A stretch of 64,000 bases of DNA from the NCBI GenBank assembly GCA_965153285.1, contig OZ229113.1. One strand, written 5' to 3'. A program made the position numbers and the translations under genes. Position 1 is the first letter of the stretch. The number at the start of each line of letters is the position of its first letter. This DNA comes from Podarcis tiliguerta (lineage: Eukaryota). The notes under the pieces were generated by a model. That model saw nothing but the letters and a program-made list of their open reading frames with translations, had not been told where the DNA came from and ran no database searches. This document shows, piece after piece, positions 25,581 through 38,107 of this stretch.

Positions 25581-26326
25581 TTGTGCTCAGGACCCAAGAG
25601 CTCACCTGACAGGGTTAAAATGGGGGGGGGGAGCATGAAGTCCTGGGCATTCCCCTGGGATCATGCCAGGCTTTTTTAGCCAATAGCCAGTAGGTGGCAT
25701 GATCCCAGGGGCTTTAGAAGCAGCAGTGTGATGCAAGTGGGGCACTTGCATTTGCATGGTTGAATACCCGCCTACCCTCCCTAGTTTAGGTAGAGTCGCT
25801 TGGCCTTGCTTTGGTTTGGGTCGCCTGTTTTGGAACAGGGGCTGGGTAGGAATTTTTTCCATTTGGCAGATTGGCTTTTAGCCATTTGCTTTTTGTCTAC
25901 CCCTGAGCAAATCGTCACAACTTGTAAGGCGGCGGTTAGGCATTGGCTCACTTGGATTGTGGGGAGGGGAGGTGCCACCATCACCTGCCCCCCCCCCCAG
26001 GAATTGGGTATTCTGGTAAAGGAATCTGGGGGTCCTGGATCTCGTCCCAAGTCCACTTGAAGGGCTAGGACCATGCCAGGACCACAGGAACCCCGGGGTG
26101 AGCTTAGGTTGGTCCTCATCGACCTTGCTCCCTCATTTGGTTTACCCCATTGGACAATCACCCTGAGATGTGGAGTCAGTTATAGTGGAGAGTCAATGCC
26201 TAAGCCAATACCGCTCACGTGATTGTATTTCAATAAAGTTGTGGCCAAAATTTGCCAAAAACGTAAACTAATATAAGGGTCTGTGTATATTTATTTTGGG
26301 GTTGGGTCTTGGGGACTCAAGACGCA
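25581..26326 (+). mobile_element. Solo-LTR-like element, family copy 3 (~745 bp)
   Basis: Starts TGTGC and ends GACGCA. Contains CAATGCCTAAGCC and AATAAAGTTGTGGCC (26232-26246), the reverse complement of the family core. CCAAT box inside a 17-bp inverted repeat. Confidence 0.7.
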
Positions 26327-29137
26327 ACCTGCATTCATCCCTATAGTTAACATGGTAGCACACAAAAGATATAATACATATGGCCAAAGTTTTATTTGTA
26401 TGCCGCCTTTCCACAGTTCAGGGAGCAGGTCTTCCAGGACTCACAGCCATATATATATAGTGTATATAATATCAACTAAAGAATTAAATATAATAATCAA
26501 CTAAAGAATTATTTGATGGGTAGGTTAAGATAAATTTTAATTGCCAGGGCTGCAAGGTAAGGGAACACGTTTTTGACATAACACTTTGTTCTGAACTGTC
26601 GCAATAAAAACAATGACTAAATATGGCTTTTCTGTACTGCAATCAGTAGCAATTTTCAAATTGCTACCATGTAATTCCTTTATAGGACAGTCCTATGCAC
26701 ATCTGCTTAGAAGCGAATCCCATTAACTTTATTGAGATTTACTCTGAGGTAAGTGAGTATAGGATTGCAGCTTTATTTCTCAAGGCTAATCCCACCCCAC
26801 CCCTGCCCACTGCTGCTGCTGCTGGTGCAAAAAGAGCTTTTTAGCTCTCTGCCTTGCTTGTGGGACCAAGGCTCATTCAGTGCACCTACTCTGGGATTGC
26901 CGGGGCTGTTCTCTCTTCCACCTGCTAGGCTCCAAGAGTTTGACTATGCATGATTTTCACGTATGCACATAACCCTTCGAACTGAATCCGTGAGTAAAAT
27001 GAGGGATTACTGTATCTTCCAAAGGTATAATTTTTAATTGATATATTATTTATGTGTGCCCATTGAACTGAATCTGTATTAGCTCCATTTCTTGCATTGC
27101 CCATTCTGACTGCAGTTTATTAATTTGTGTTAGTGGATTTATTCTGAATAGTGTTGATCTCACTGACCACCCACTTTCCTCCAGGTCACACCCCTGAGCC
27201 CTCTTCCTGACATGTAGACTCTGCTCCATCCACCTGCTCCTGCACAGAAGAATTCCTCTTTTCATTTACAAAATATTATGCTAATCATTGCCTTTGTTTT
27301 GTTTGTTTGTTTGTAAAACTGATTGAGTGCTATTTTCCCAGAAGTGTAACTGCAGAATTAAAAAGCCTCCAAGTCATTTTACCTTATGAAATGAGAATAG
27401 GGTGAAATAATTAGAAAGACTAACCAACTGTTCCCCACCCTGCTAACATTTACACTATTATATTTTAATATATGCAAGCAGTTTGTTGAGACTAGATAAG
27501 GCATGTAATACAATACATCCTAGAATTCTAAGATTGTTCTCTTTGTCTGAAGCAATGACACTAGCAGCAGAACAAGGAAGTTTTGCATAGATAATGATTT
27601 TTGAACAAATTAGGCTGAATAAAATCCCATTACTAAAGGTGCCTTTGAGATGTCAAGCTATTGTAAAGTGTGTCAGTAGATAAGGATGAATACTAAAATT
27701 TTCATTAGTGAATATTTAGTCAATAAAATTTCTGAATTTGATTCAGGCTTGGATAACTTATGAGGTCATGCAGGGCACTGAGAGACATCTGTGGCAAAAA
27801 CTCAGAGGTGGCATTACAGTTACCGGCACTGTATACTTTGCACTTGTGTGAGGTAATGTTGGATTGTGTAGTCTATACCTGGGATTGTCCATTGCTTCTA
27901 TTTTAGTTTCAAACTTGTGTGTGTGTGTGTGTTATATTTGTAAACTGTTTATACTTTGTTTTAGTGAGGTGGTTTGAGAGAGGTTTTCTGCCCTGAAGAT
28001 GGCATTAAAATACTAACAGAAGTCAGCATTGTGGATGTATTGAGGCATTAAAGAGACTGTGTTTAAGAAAGACTCTGCCCTGAAATCTATGAATGAAGGG
28101 TGGTATACAAATGAAACAAGCCCCATGGTAAATTATATGTAGTTCCCAAACCTCAGCCAATCTAAGGTAGCAATTGGGGAGGGCGGCGTTTAATGTGAAG
28201 CTATCTAGTCTGCACTTCTCAAATAAACTTGGTTACCTGAAAAGAGCTACAGTATAAAGAGGGTGGGAATCAGAGGCCAGTCACAATTTCTAAGCTTTTG
28301 TACAAGCAGCAAATGGTATATGTGCAAGATGTTAGGATAGTTTTCAAACAGGATAATAGATTGCTGCTGTACGGTTGAGTGTCATGCATCAGAGCAACAT
28401 GTCTAGCCATTAAGGGCGGGGGAATCCTTTCTTTATCATGTACCGTAATTATCTGCTCATTCAGGTGCCTCAGGTGTTGGGCAGAAACAGCTGTAGGTCA
28501 AGCATATCTGTATGACAGTCTTCTTCAACATGGTACCTACAGTTGAGACTACAACACCCATCCTCTCCAGCTAGCATGGATAACGGTAAGGGATGATGGG
28601 AGTTGAAGTAGAAAGATTTGGAAGGTATCAGGTTGAGGATGGGGTTTGGAACATGGTATGATGAGCACGTTTCATTTGAAAACCTGCACACTAACTCAGA
28701 ACTTGCTCTACAGTTCTGCCTTATCGTTTCAGCTTAGCACAGCTTACACGTGTTCTTAAGAGGCAACCCACTAGTCATATAAAATGTGACACCATGTATT
28801 CCATTCAAGCAAAGAACTCCTCCAGGTCTGTGGTTGGTAGGGCACCCAAGGCATGGCCTAGCAGAACTTTCAAAGGCTTCTTTAGACGCTTTGACCATTC
28901 ACAATCAAGGCTGCTCTCACCTGAAGGGTCAGCACTGAGAAGAGAGAACAATGCTTTTGGCTGGCTAGTTGAACTATCTTTTTAAAAAGTAACTTCATAC
29001 GACCACAGTTGGAATTCTTCCAATTGAAATCTCTGCAGATTGTAGGATGGCGAGATGAACACGTTTCCCTACCGCTTCACAGAATCTGAAATGATTGCAG
29101 ATAGTGCAAGTGATGTTTTGATTTTATTTTTTTTCAG

Positions 29138-29215
29138 GTGCTGCTTTTCTGGAGTATTTTAAAAATCAAAAGTGGTGCCAGCTGAGCGAGTCACAAAAGA
29201 AACATTCAGTCTAAG
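29138..29215 (+). other. Candidate internal exon (78 nt; non-coding or terminating)
   Basis: Strong acceptor TTTTATTTTTTTTCAG| and consensus donor AAG|GTAAGG in TE-free sequence; stop codons in all three frames. Confidence 0.4.
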
Positions 29216-29845
29216 GTAAGGTGCAAGATGCTGTGCGTTCTCCGCTGGCTAATCCTTGAAATGGATTTATTAAAAAGGGGGGGGGGATACTTTAAAGTCT
29301 AGGTTGACTAGCAGGCTTTGCCTGCTTTGGTAAGCAGAACTTCACATTCGGACAAAATGGATAAAAGAGCACCTAGAGAAAAATGGATATGGGAAAAGGC
29401 TCTTTCACTAATACCTCATTCTGAATTCCTCTCTATATGTTCAGTCTAGCCATAAATGGTATAACGGATTTAATGGTCCATTCACTGAAGTGAATATAAA
29501 ATTAATCCACCACTGACTGGAATAAAATCGGTACTATACATTGTAAGTCTAGAGAGTTAAAATATGGAGCTGTTGTTCCAGTTCTAAACCTATTTCTGTA
29601 GAGTAACCCACATTGGATTCCTAGGGCACTGAACTCCAGATTAAATGTCACTTGCGCTGAAGAAGTTCATTCTCACAGATTTCCATAGACAGATGTTAAA
29701 AATTTGTGTCTGGATCCAAAGAGTTACTTTAAGCGTTATCAAAAGTGTCACTTTTTATTTCCTTCATGTTTAACATACACACCCTTCCCATGACAAAAAT
29801 AAGCTTTAAAAGTTACTTCAGATTCTAAAGTAGTTTGCCGTGTGA

Positions 29846-29982
29846 CAGGCATAGGCAAACTCGGTCCTCCGGATGTTTTTGGACTACAACTCTCATTATC
29901 CCTAGCTAACAGGACCAGTGGTCAGGGGATGATGGGAGTTGTAGTACAAAAACATCTGGAGGGCTGAGTTTGCCTATGCCTG
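29846..29982. mobile_element. hAT-type MITE
   Basis: TIRs CAGGCATAGGCAAACTC / GAGTTTGCCTATGCCTG (17 bp perfect), near-palindromic body, 8-bp TSD CCGTGTGA/CCATGTGA. Confidence 0.92.
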
Positions 29983-30974
29983 CCATGTGACATAGAGCAG
30001 GGAGGATTATTGTTCACAAACCTGAATGGGGAATGGAGAGAGGTGCGAGTGTAGAAACTTTGGACTTTTGTGTGACTAGTATGTCACCTTCTGTACAAAA
30101 GGAGGAGTCAATTTTGATTGTGCCACCTACTTTTTGCCTCTGGTCATGGCCAACACTGACATGCAGCCCCCAGAAAGTTGCATGCGAGGGATTGTGTGTC
30201 AATTGGGCTGAATAGGATATTGAAAAATGGGTGAAAGGAATGGTGAAATAACTAGTGCTTTATTTTGGCTAGAAGAAAACAGGTCAAGTACTCACAATGA
30301 AGTTGTTACAGTAAGTGTCACACTTTTAAACAAAAAACAAACAAAAACCGTGCCGGTACTGTGCTCCCTTGAGTACCACCTGAAGATAAAAGCACTATGA
30401 ATACCCCAACCATTTACTGCTTTCTGCTTCCCCATCCATGGTTCCTGCAGTTGAAGGCAACCTGTCGAAACAACCAAGGATGCTTTAGTCGAGATTCTTG
30501 CTTTGCAGCGGGTTGGACTACATGAACCATGGGGTCCCCTCTATGATTCTGTGCTATCCTTGTCTCTGCAAAGTGACATTTCAATTGCAGGGGGTTGCAA
30601 TATTGTACGGGCATAGATTTCTTTAAAATGGAAAAGGAGATGCTGGCTATATAGCTGTCACCCAACAGTTGGTTTCTGAGATGTATTTGAGATGTATTTA
30701 TTTTTGTCACTGATAATGTGATGTGAAGTTGATTGTAAAAAAATCAGTAGCTATTAATAAAGATGTCACATGCACTGAAATGATTGATTTATTTTACTTC
30801 TGCATTAACCAATCTCTTTACAATAGAATATTATCTAATTTATATTTATTCAAGCATATCCAAATACCTGTATTATTCTCCTATGTGCTGTCATACGTTC
30901 CAGCAGATTATTTTGGTTTAGGTTACCTGCCATTAGTGTAGAAAAGAAAACCCCACTCATTCTCATATAAAAAT

Positions 30975-30975
<1 letters not shown>

Positions 30976-31007
<32 letters not shown>
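30976..31007. repeat. (TAC)n microsatellite
   Basis: About 11 TAC units. Confidence 0.95.
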
Positions 31008-31896
31008 AGTGGTGTATAGGGAAGTTTTCAATTTTTGATATTTTATTGTGTTTTAAATATTTTGTTGGGATCTTCCCAGAGTGGCAGATGGGCAGTATAT
31101 AAATATAAAGAATAAAAAACCGTTCCTTATGGAATTAAGCATTGTCCAGACCCATGAAAATATTATTCAAACTTTTCTTACAAAACTCTTCAAAACTATA
31201 ACAAAATAGAGTAAATGATACCTCCAAAATATCCATAAGATATATTGTGCTGTCCAGCACAGGCTCGGCTTCTTAGTAATAAAAGATAACTCCAAAAATC
31301 AAAATGGTGCCTCTCTCCCCCATTCCAGGCTGCCTTGGCCTGCCTAAGGCTGTGCAGCTTCTGGGAGAGCTTTATTTACATCCTCACTCTACAGAGAGAA
31401 CAAAGAGCCAGCCCACCACCATTGCAAGATGGTGAATTTGCCACTCAGTACCTTAATTACCTGATCCAAGGTTACAACACTCACATGTTAGCTAGCAGAA
31501 AACAACAATTAGTTAATTATCGACTCATCAAAACTCTGAGAGAGCTCTTCTTGCTGTTCTTCAGCTTCAGCGGAATCTTCCCATGTCAAACTTTTTCACT
31601 AAGACACACATATCCACATTTCAGTGTCAGTTAAACCAATTGTACTTAACAGAGCAATGAACTTTGTTGGATACATCCCTAGAAACTTGGAAGAAGGCAA
31701 CACAGCTGAAGAAATGCTGCCAAGTATTGGTGGGTGACTTGGATTGTATATGGCTCACCAATTCAGGCTATTAAATATTGTTGCAGGCCAGTGCTCATGG
31801 AGAAAAGACAAACATGACAACTATTTGACTTCATGGCAACGTTAAGTCATGTTTCTGTGAGGCCTAAGGGAAAAGACAAGTGAGATCCTGTGGGAG

Positions 31897-32020
31897 GGCT
31901 CAGTTGGTAGAGGACAAGACTCTTAATCTCAAGGTTGTGGGTTCTAGCTTCAGGCTGGGCAAAAGATTTCTGCACTGCAGGGTTTTGAGCTAGATGATAC
32001 CCTATAAGTCTATGATTCTA
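31897..32020 (+). mobile_element. tRNA-Lys-derived SINE with CR1-like 3' tail
   Basis: GCTCAGTTGGTAGAG..AGACTCTTAATCTCAAGGTTGTGGGTTC..TGGGC resembles tRNA-Lys(CTT); tail GCAGGG..CTAGATGA..CTATGATTCTA resembles CR1 3' ends. Tail-only relatives near 23595(-), 30505, 34095 and 43825. Confidence 0.75.
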
Positions 32021-32559
32021 TTATTCTCCATTTGTTGTCAAGGAGAGTGCTACTTCATGTGTAGCAACTGTTGCTGACACTCAGGTGAAATCACAATTGG
32101 AACCCATTATATGTCTGAGATGCAGAGCTTTTGTGAAGCTGCAATAGTTGTAAAAGGCAAGAAAAAGAAAAGTTTTAAAGCATATTCAGAGAACAAGGGA
32201 AACAGCTGAAGAGTATTTGCTTCACAAATACATGAGAATAACACAGTCCTTTATATGACGATTGAATCCTTTAAATTCAATGGGACTTACTCCCAGGTAA
32301 GTGGATATAGGACTCAAGCCTTACTTCTGATGGTTATATCCTGGTTTTCTTGGGTTCTCTGGTCAAGTATAACAAACACTAGCATGGAGTTTAGAACAAA
32401 GACACCCTAGAATCTATATTGCTTTTCCCGCCTCCTCATTGAGATTGAGAGAATCAAATATTTTATGGCTTTTTTTTTTCTTTTTTTTTTTACAACAGCA
32501 ACAACACCTTTTCTCTTATAATGCCCAATAGTGAGTATGGGTAAGATTCTTATCCTACA

Positions 32560-32966
32560 ATAATTACCAGTGAAAGAAGACTGGCAGATGAAATTGATGG
32601 ATTATGCTGAGCTGGCGAAACTAACAGGGAAAATTCGGAACCAGCAAGATCGGAGTTTTCTGAAAGATATTTGAAAGATAATTGTAAACAATTGACTTGC
32701 CTAGTAGGGTTGCAGGGAGTTTTGTAGGTTAACAGTATAAATTATTGCAAAGAATAATTTTTATTTTGTTTATTTATGATAGGGATATAACAGTAATAAT
32801 TAAAATAACAAGTGCAATAATAGAGATTAAGTTAGAAAACCACTAGTCGAGGAAGAGGGAAGTCTCAGGCTGTGATAGCCAGGAGTTGATTATGTTATAC
32901 AAAAGTTGGATGTTGTGTTCTAAACCATGTGTAAAAACCAATAAAAATCATTATATATATATAAAA
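32560..32966 (+). mobile_element. L1-clade LINE 3' fragment with TSD
   Basis: LPVKEDWQMKLMDYAELAKLTGKIRNQ (L1 ORF2 C-terminus), 3' UTR with AATAAA and an A/AT tail. Perfect 17-bp TSD AAGATTCTTATCCTACA at 32543-32559 and 32967-32983. Confidence 0.88.
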
Positions 32967-34288
32967 AAGATTCTTATCCTACAGAACTTGTTTCATTTCA
33001 GGTTTTCCAGGTACCTCTGCCCCCTGGTGGTCCAGTTATGTTATTGTCCACATAGGAGAGTCAGGGAAGACAAGCAGAGGTCTCCTCTCAATTTTAATCT
33101 GCAAAGAAAGTTAAAATGAAGTAAAAGTTACAAGGGATCCAAGAGGCAAGTAACAAAAGGTACTAAGATATCGAACACTACATTTCTTTTTATTGTATTT
33201 CAAGGCTGCCTTATCAATCAAAATGCTTTTAGAAAAGGTTGGTGTCAAATTCATGTAAAACAACTTTTGACAGGTACATTTTTCATACATTAATGTGACA
33301 TCCTATTCATGCACAGTCAGGTTTGCCAGGTCATTATTGGCAAAGTCTATTATCTATGTCTTTGTATTCTGCATTTAATCTATCCATGAACAAATGGATC
33401 ATCAAGAAGGTATATGAGAATGGTAATTATTTCTGACACTGGTGCTTCTGTAAGGCACCCATGGTTCTGACTTTACTGCCCATTTATTTTACTTAAAACA
33501 GGCACAAACATTTATTCCTAAACTGGGTTGAAATGTTTCAGGATATCCAGTATATTTTTGTGTTCCCGTATGCTACCAAGTAAATGCTTTTAAAGCACAG
33601 AGAGAAGTGAAACAAGGTTGCATTCTGGCTCACAATCTTTTAGAGTTTTATATTAATGATTTGGTGTCATATTTAGCCATTGCAAATGCCTGACCTCCAG
33701 TAATTAGCAAGAGAATGATCTCAGTCTTGATTCATGCATATGATTTAGTGCTCCTCTCTTTTCTGACTGGGCCTCAAACATCTCTCGGACGTGTTCGGCA
33801 CATACTTTCAACATGGAAGATGGAGCAAGTTTTAAATGCACTAATTGATTCCTTTCCTTTAGTGTTTTGAAAATTTATCAATAAATATTACAGTATAGTA
33901 TTTATCGTAAATTCATACTAAATTTGTGAAGTCTTTAATGTGTCATAGGATGCTTTTATTGTTGTTTTCTGCTATAGCACAACACTGCTACTCTTCAGGA
34001 TAATAAAACGATTGTAATAATAAGGATGGGTGCAGTGGATTGTAGCCATAAATTGCATGTTGCAGTAAGACTACAAATCAAAGCTGTGGTTCTTGCACAG
34101 CAGGGGGTTGGACCCTTGGGTTACCTTCCAAGTCTACAATTCTGTGGGGAGGCAGAACCAAGTTGTCATGCCATCTCTTGCTGTATATCCCTTTTCGTAG
34201 TTGTGTCAATTGTTTTTTTCTTTTTCTTTTATGCCCTTTGATTTTCGCCAGAAAGGAAGCCATCACAATCCAACAAGGATATTCTTCC

Positions 34289-34416
34289 NNNNNNNNNNNN
34301 NNNNNNNNNNNNNNNNNNNNNNNNNNNNNNNNNNNNNNNNNNNNNNNNNNNNNNNNNNNNNNNNNNNNNNNNNNNNNNNNNNNNNNNNNNNNNNNNNNNN
34401 NNNNNNNNNNNNNNNN
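34289..34416. other. Assembly gap (128 N)
   Basis: Run of N. Confidence 1.
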
Positions 34417-35957
34417 AATTCAGCTGGCATCCATGTAAGGACTTTGATGTTCAGGGCCAAACAACTGGAGGCCTGTGCTAAACGAATCCCTAGAAAGTCC
34501 TTAGGGTACAATCCTGTAGAGGATTTTATCTTGGAGTAAACCCAGATGAATTTAAATAGGCTTCCTTCTGAGAAGACATGCTGGGGTCTGTGCTATTAGC
34601 AGCAAGTAAGGACTGGTCCAGGGTCATCTGGAAACCAATGGCAGCCCCATCCAGCCAAGCTGGGCCTGCCTTGGGCTCCCAGGGCTGCACCCTTGGGAGG
34701 CGGTGGCTGGCAGAGGTGACAGTTTTGCATTGGGGTGGAGCATTTTTTACCAGAGCTGTGAAGACCAGCCTCCCACCCTTCTTATTTATTTATTTATTTG
34801 GGCGTCAATTCTTCTCCCATTGTTCTGACACCAGAGGACCTTGGAGGGGAGTTGTAGTCACATTTGTGGATGGTGCTCAGCATCTCTGCTTGTACAAACT
34901 TCCCAGGCTGATGCAAAGAGCTATGAAAGGTCTCCTCACCACCCAGCTAGGCCTCCTTTTGAGGGTTTTGTGTTTTTTTTAGGAGTGAAACATAACAGGG
35001 GGGAACACTGTTTTCTTTTCTGCCTCAGGCAGCAAAATGTATTGGGCCACACTGGCGTAAAGGTGGAATATGGCAACAAAAGCACAACGTTGAGACAATA
35101 ACAATATATTCACAACTAGTTGGACAGTGGCAGAGACGACTTTGAAAATGAGAGGCCATTTTTAATACTCAGAAAAATAAATGTGAAAACAACCCTGTTC
35201 TAGTTATGATTATTCAATTTTCATAGATGCTGAACATAATATATTCAACTTAAAATATATTGAAAAGAAGAGAAGACTCTGTTGAAAGACAGTTAAAAGG
35301 AGTTTAGGTTTAATATTCTGAAGACTTGATATATGTAAATGATATGGAGAGGAAGAGGACAATTTTCAAATTGATCATTTTGGCCAGGCAAGAAGACAGG
35401 TGAAGGAAATTATGTTATTTAAGTCATTGCCACAAAAGCTTAAGAACCTCAAACTGTTCTAAAATAGCTGGATAACCTTGGGGAGAAAAGCCAAATGTTG
35501 CATAATTGTATCTAAACTGAACAGTACTTTCTTGACACTCCATGAGTTCATATTTGTAAAAGAAAAATAATATTGGAAACAAGGAAAACTCTTTTGTGTT
35601 CACAGCATATATGTTCTTGACACAAAGAAATCACTTTGGATTAAGCATTGTATACTAATATCAGTTTATATGTAGCTCTGCTTTAATACTGTTTGCCCAG
35701 GCAGGCACATTATGCGACCCATGAGAGCAGCAAAATAACCAGACTGTACCATGGTGATGGGATGAAATCAGGGCAAATCTGTATTGACAGCAGCAGCAGG
35801 CAGGGCAAGGGTTGGCATGGCATTGCGTCCCAGAATAGGTTCATCATTCCACAAACCCCAAGTTGATGGAATGGATCCACTGAGTTTGAATCGCTCCAAA
35901 CCTGTACGATGGAAGCCAGCCACTTGGCCAGGCTCTAATCCCAAGATAGGTGGACAG

Positions 35958-36170
35958 GAAGCTCTCAAAGCAAAATGGCTGTAAGATCCAGGGAAAGCAG
36001 CCTTATATAAGCTTCCTCCTCCCCTCTTCAGCAAGGACTCATGGGACAACTTTTTCCTATGAGCCCATCACACAGAGAAGATACTGGACAAAATCTTGCC
36101 CAGTATTTTGCTGCAGTCTATGGGCCACAGCACCACCAGGCAAAGATGTCCCATGTTTATTGGGCACGGA
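35958..36170. repeat. Unclassified interspersed repeat, copy 2
   Basis: Same orientation and colinear with 70-270; hairpin at 36081-36106 has one mismatch. The element probably extends upstream to ~35700. Confidence 0.8.
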
Positions 36171-37207
36171 ACATGGCTTACCTTAGCTTTTGTGTGGGTG
36201 TGGGGTTTTTAAAAAATGCAAACAGCATATTCCCCTTTTCACCCACACCCAGATTTTCGATTCAGTGTTGCAAGTGTTGTATCATCCTAATTATATAGGA
36301 AAGCAGACAACTTCACAGCAGGCTTTTGTAACAAAGAAAACGGAGACCTACCCACAAAGCAAGGAAGAGCATTTCAATCAGTTGAAAATGATGTATGCTG
36401 GACTATTGCAGAGACTCTGAGCCTGAGCAATAAGGGCAGGTATGCATTTGTATTCCTCAGTGCTGTTTGCTTATTCTGTGTATGGCCCAATCTATTACCA
36501 ATCTGTGTCTCCCTTGCCTTTGTTCATTCACAAATGCATTCTGTCACATTTCTGCATTTTCTTTTTTTAAAAAATAACAATACTGGAATATTCAGGAAGT
36601 GGAAAAGCCAGAGGAGTAACTTCTACTCCCCGCATTAGTCCAGGTGATGTGGATCAGGTCCATTGATATCGACGTTCACAAAGATTCTATTTCTTCATGC
36701 ATCTCTGATCCTGGACTGAATGAATGCCCATTTCTAAAGATTTTAACCCATGGACTTTAAAGCTACATTTAATTTTTTTAAGCCAACTACATTATACTGT
36801 ATCTATCCTATATAAATCAATCAAGGCCATGTCCTATGCAGCCTTGTTCATTATAGCATCATATCCCTGGTTCAATCCAGTTTAGCTGGCAAATCAACAT
36901 TTTCTTCACTTTTTTCTTTTGGTAAATTACAGCTGGAACACAGGACTTTTTTCAATATATATTGTTCCAATGAGTTGAAAAGTCTATGTTCATTAGCACA
37001 AAGCCATAGTTTCTAGTAGTATGGGGGATAAACCCTTGTTTGTTTTCATCACAGGCAATGGGCATCCACTCTGCTCTTTATATCCTGCTCTCTTTATAGC
37101 CTTCTGCAGTCTGAAGTGCTCAAAGTCAAAGGAAAAGTTTTGACTGAGTGGATTCTGTTGAGATAAAGAGCACAGCTCTTGTGCTAGTGGTGCATTCACC
37201 AGAATTA

Positions 37208-37374
37208 CCGTACTTTTCTGTGTATAAGACAATGTTTTTTTAACTCTAAAATAATCTTCAAAATCTGGGATCATCTTATACACGGATAGTATCTTTCCCC
37301 ATTTTCTTAAATCGGAGTCTCCAAAAATAGGGGGCGTCTTATACATAGGGCGTCTTATAGATGACAAAATACGA
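37208..37374. mobile_element. Tigger/pogo-like MITE
   Basis: TA-CCGTACTTTTCTGTGTATAAGAC ... GTCTTATAGATGACAAAATACGA-TA degenerate TIRs with TA flanks; internal GGCGTCTTATA repeats. Confidence 0.75.
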
Positions 37375-37869
37375 TAGCTCTTGATCCATCTTTAACAGGA
37401 CAAAATAAGATGAAATGCTCATCACATATTTTTGACAAACACCTTTGTTCCATGTAGATATTCACAGCATATATGCAGGTTCAGCAGGTCTGTGACCACG
37501 TAATCAATACTTGTTTGATTGTCTATATTTGATGTATGTGTGTGTGATCAAGACTTAGTCTGTTCTATACATTCAGTCTCCACACATTGTTCAAATGTGT
37601 GCACAGTGGTCTGTGCTTGTAGGCAGGAACTACAAGGAGTAAATGGAGTGCCCCACTTATAGACAAGTCTTGTTAATTCATGTAAGCCTCTCTGGTCATT
37701 CAAAACAATGCACAGAAGTTAGGAGTATAGAGAGGATGCCCAGAAGTATGATCCCAACTCTCCTATATTCATAGAGATGTGCAATGGTGGTAACAGTCCT
37801 ATGTCAAGCTGTTAATAGGGTTTTAAATGTGAGGTGTTCTTGGAAGGCATGATTTATTGATTACAGTCA

Positions 37870-38040
37870 CATACGTAGAGTCATCCATCTCTTCAATTAA
37901 ATGAATGTGTGCAAAGTGACTCATTTTATTGGAAATTAGTCACTCAGAAACATTTCCTGGAAATTTTTAAGAAGGTTTGCTGGTGATATCTGCTCTGCAG
38001 CGCTGGCCAGTCTACTCAGTGCTGCTGTACAACGTATCAA
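37870..38040 (+). promoter_or_regulatory. Candidate promoter/enhancer motif cluster
   Basis: AP-1 TGACTCA 37917-37923, AP-1-like TTAGTCA 37936-37942 and STAT GAS TTCCTGGAA 37954-37962, directly upstream of an ATG-bearing exon candidate. Confidence 0.35.
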
Positions 38041-38107
38041 ATGTCTGTGGAGGTATTTAAGCACAGTTCCAATTATCAGAAATTATTAGAACAATCCTGT
38101 ACAGAAG
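38041..38107 (+). CDS. Candidate alternative first coding exon (MSVEVFKHSSNYQKLLEQSCTE + phase-1 donor); host gene unidentified
   Basis: ATG at 38041, 22 open codons plus 1 nt, consensus donor GAAG|GTAAGA, unique sequence. No homology confirmed. Confidence 0.35.

Noticed and set aside
31897-31960. tRNA-Lys gene
   Set aside because: Acceptor and T stems are disrupted and it continues into a CR1-like tail, so it is a SINE head.
34163-34539. ORFs spanning the N run
   Set aside because: Artefacts of translating through the assembly gap.
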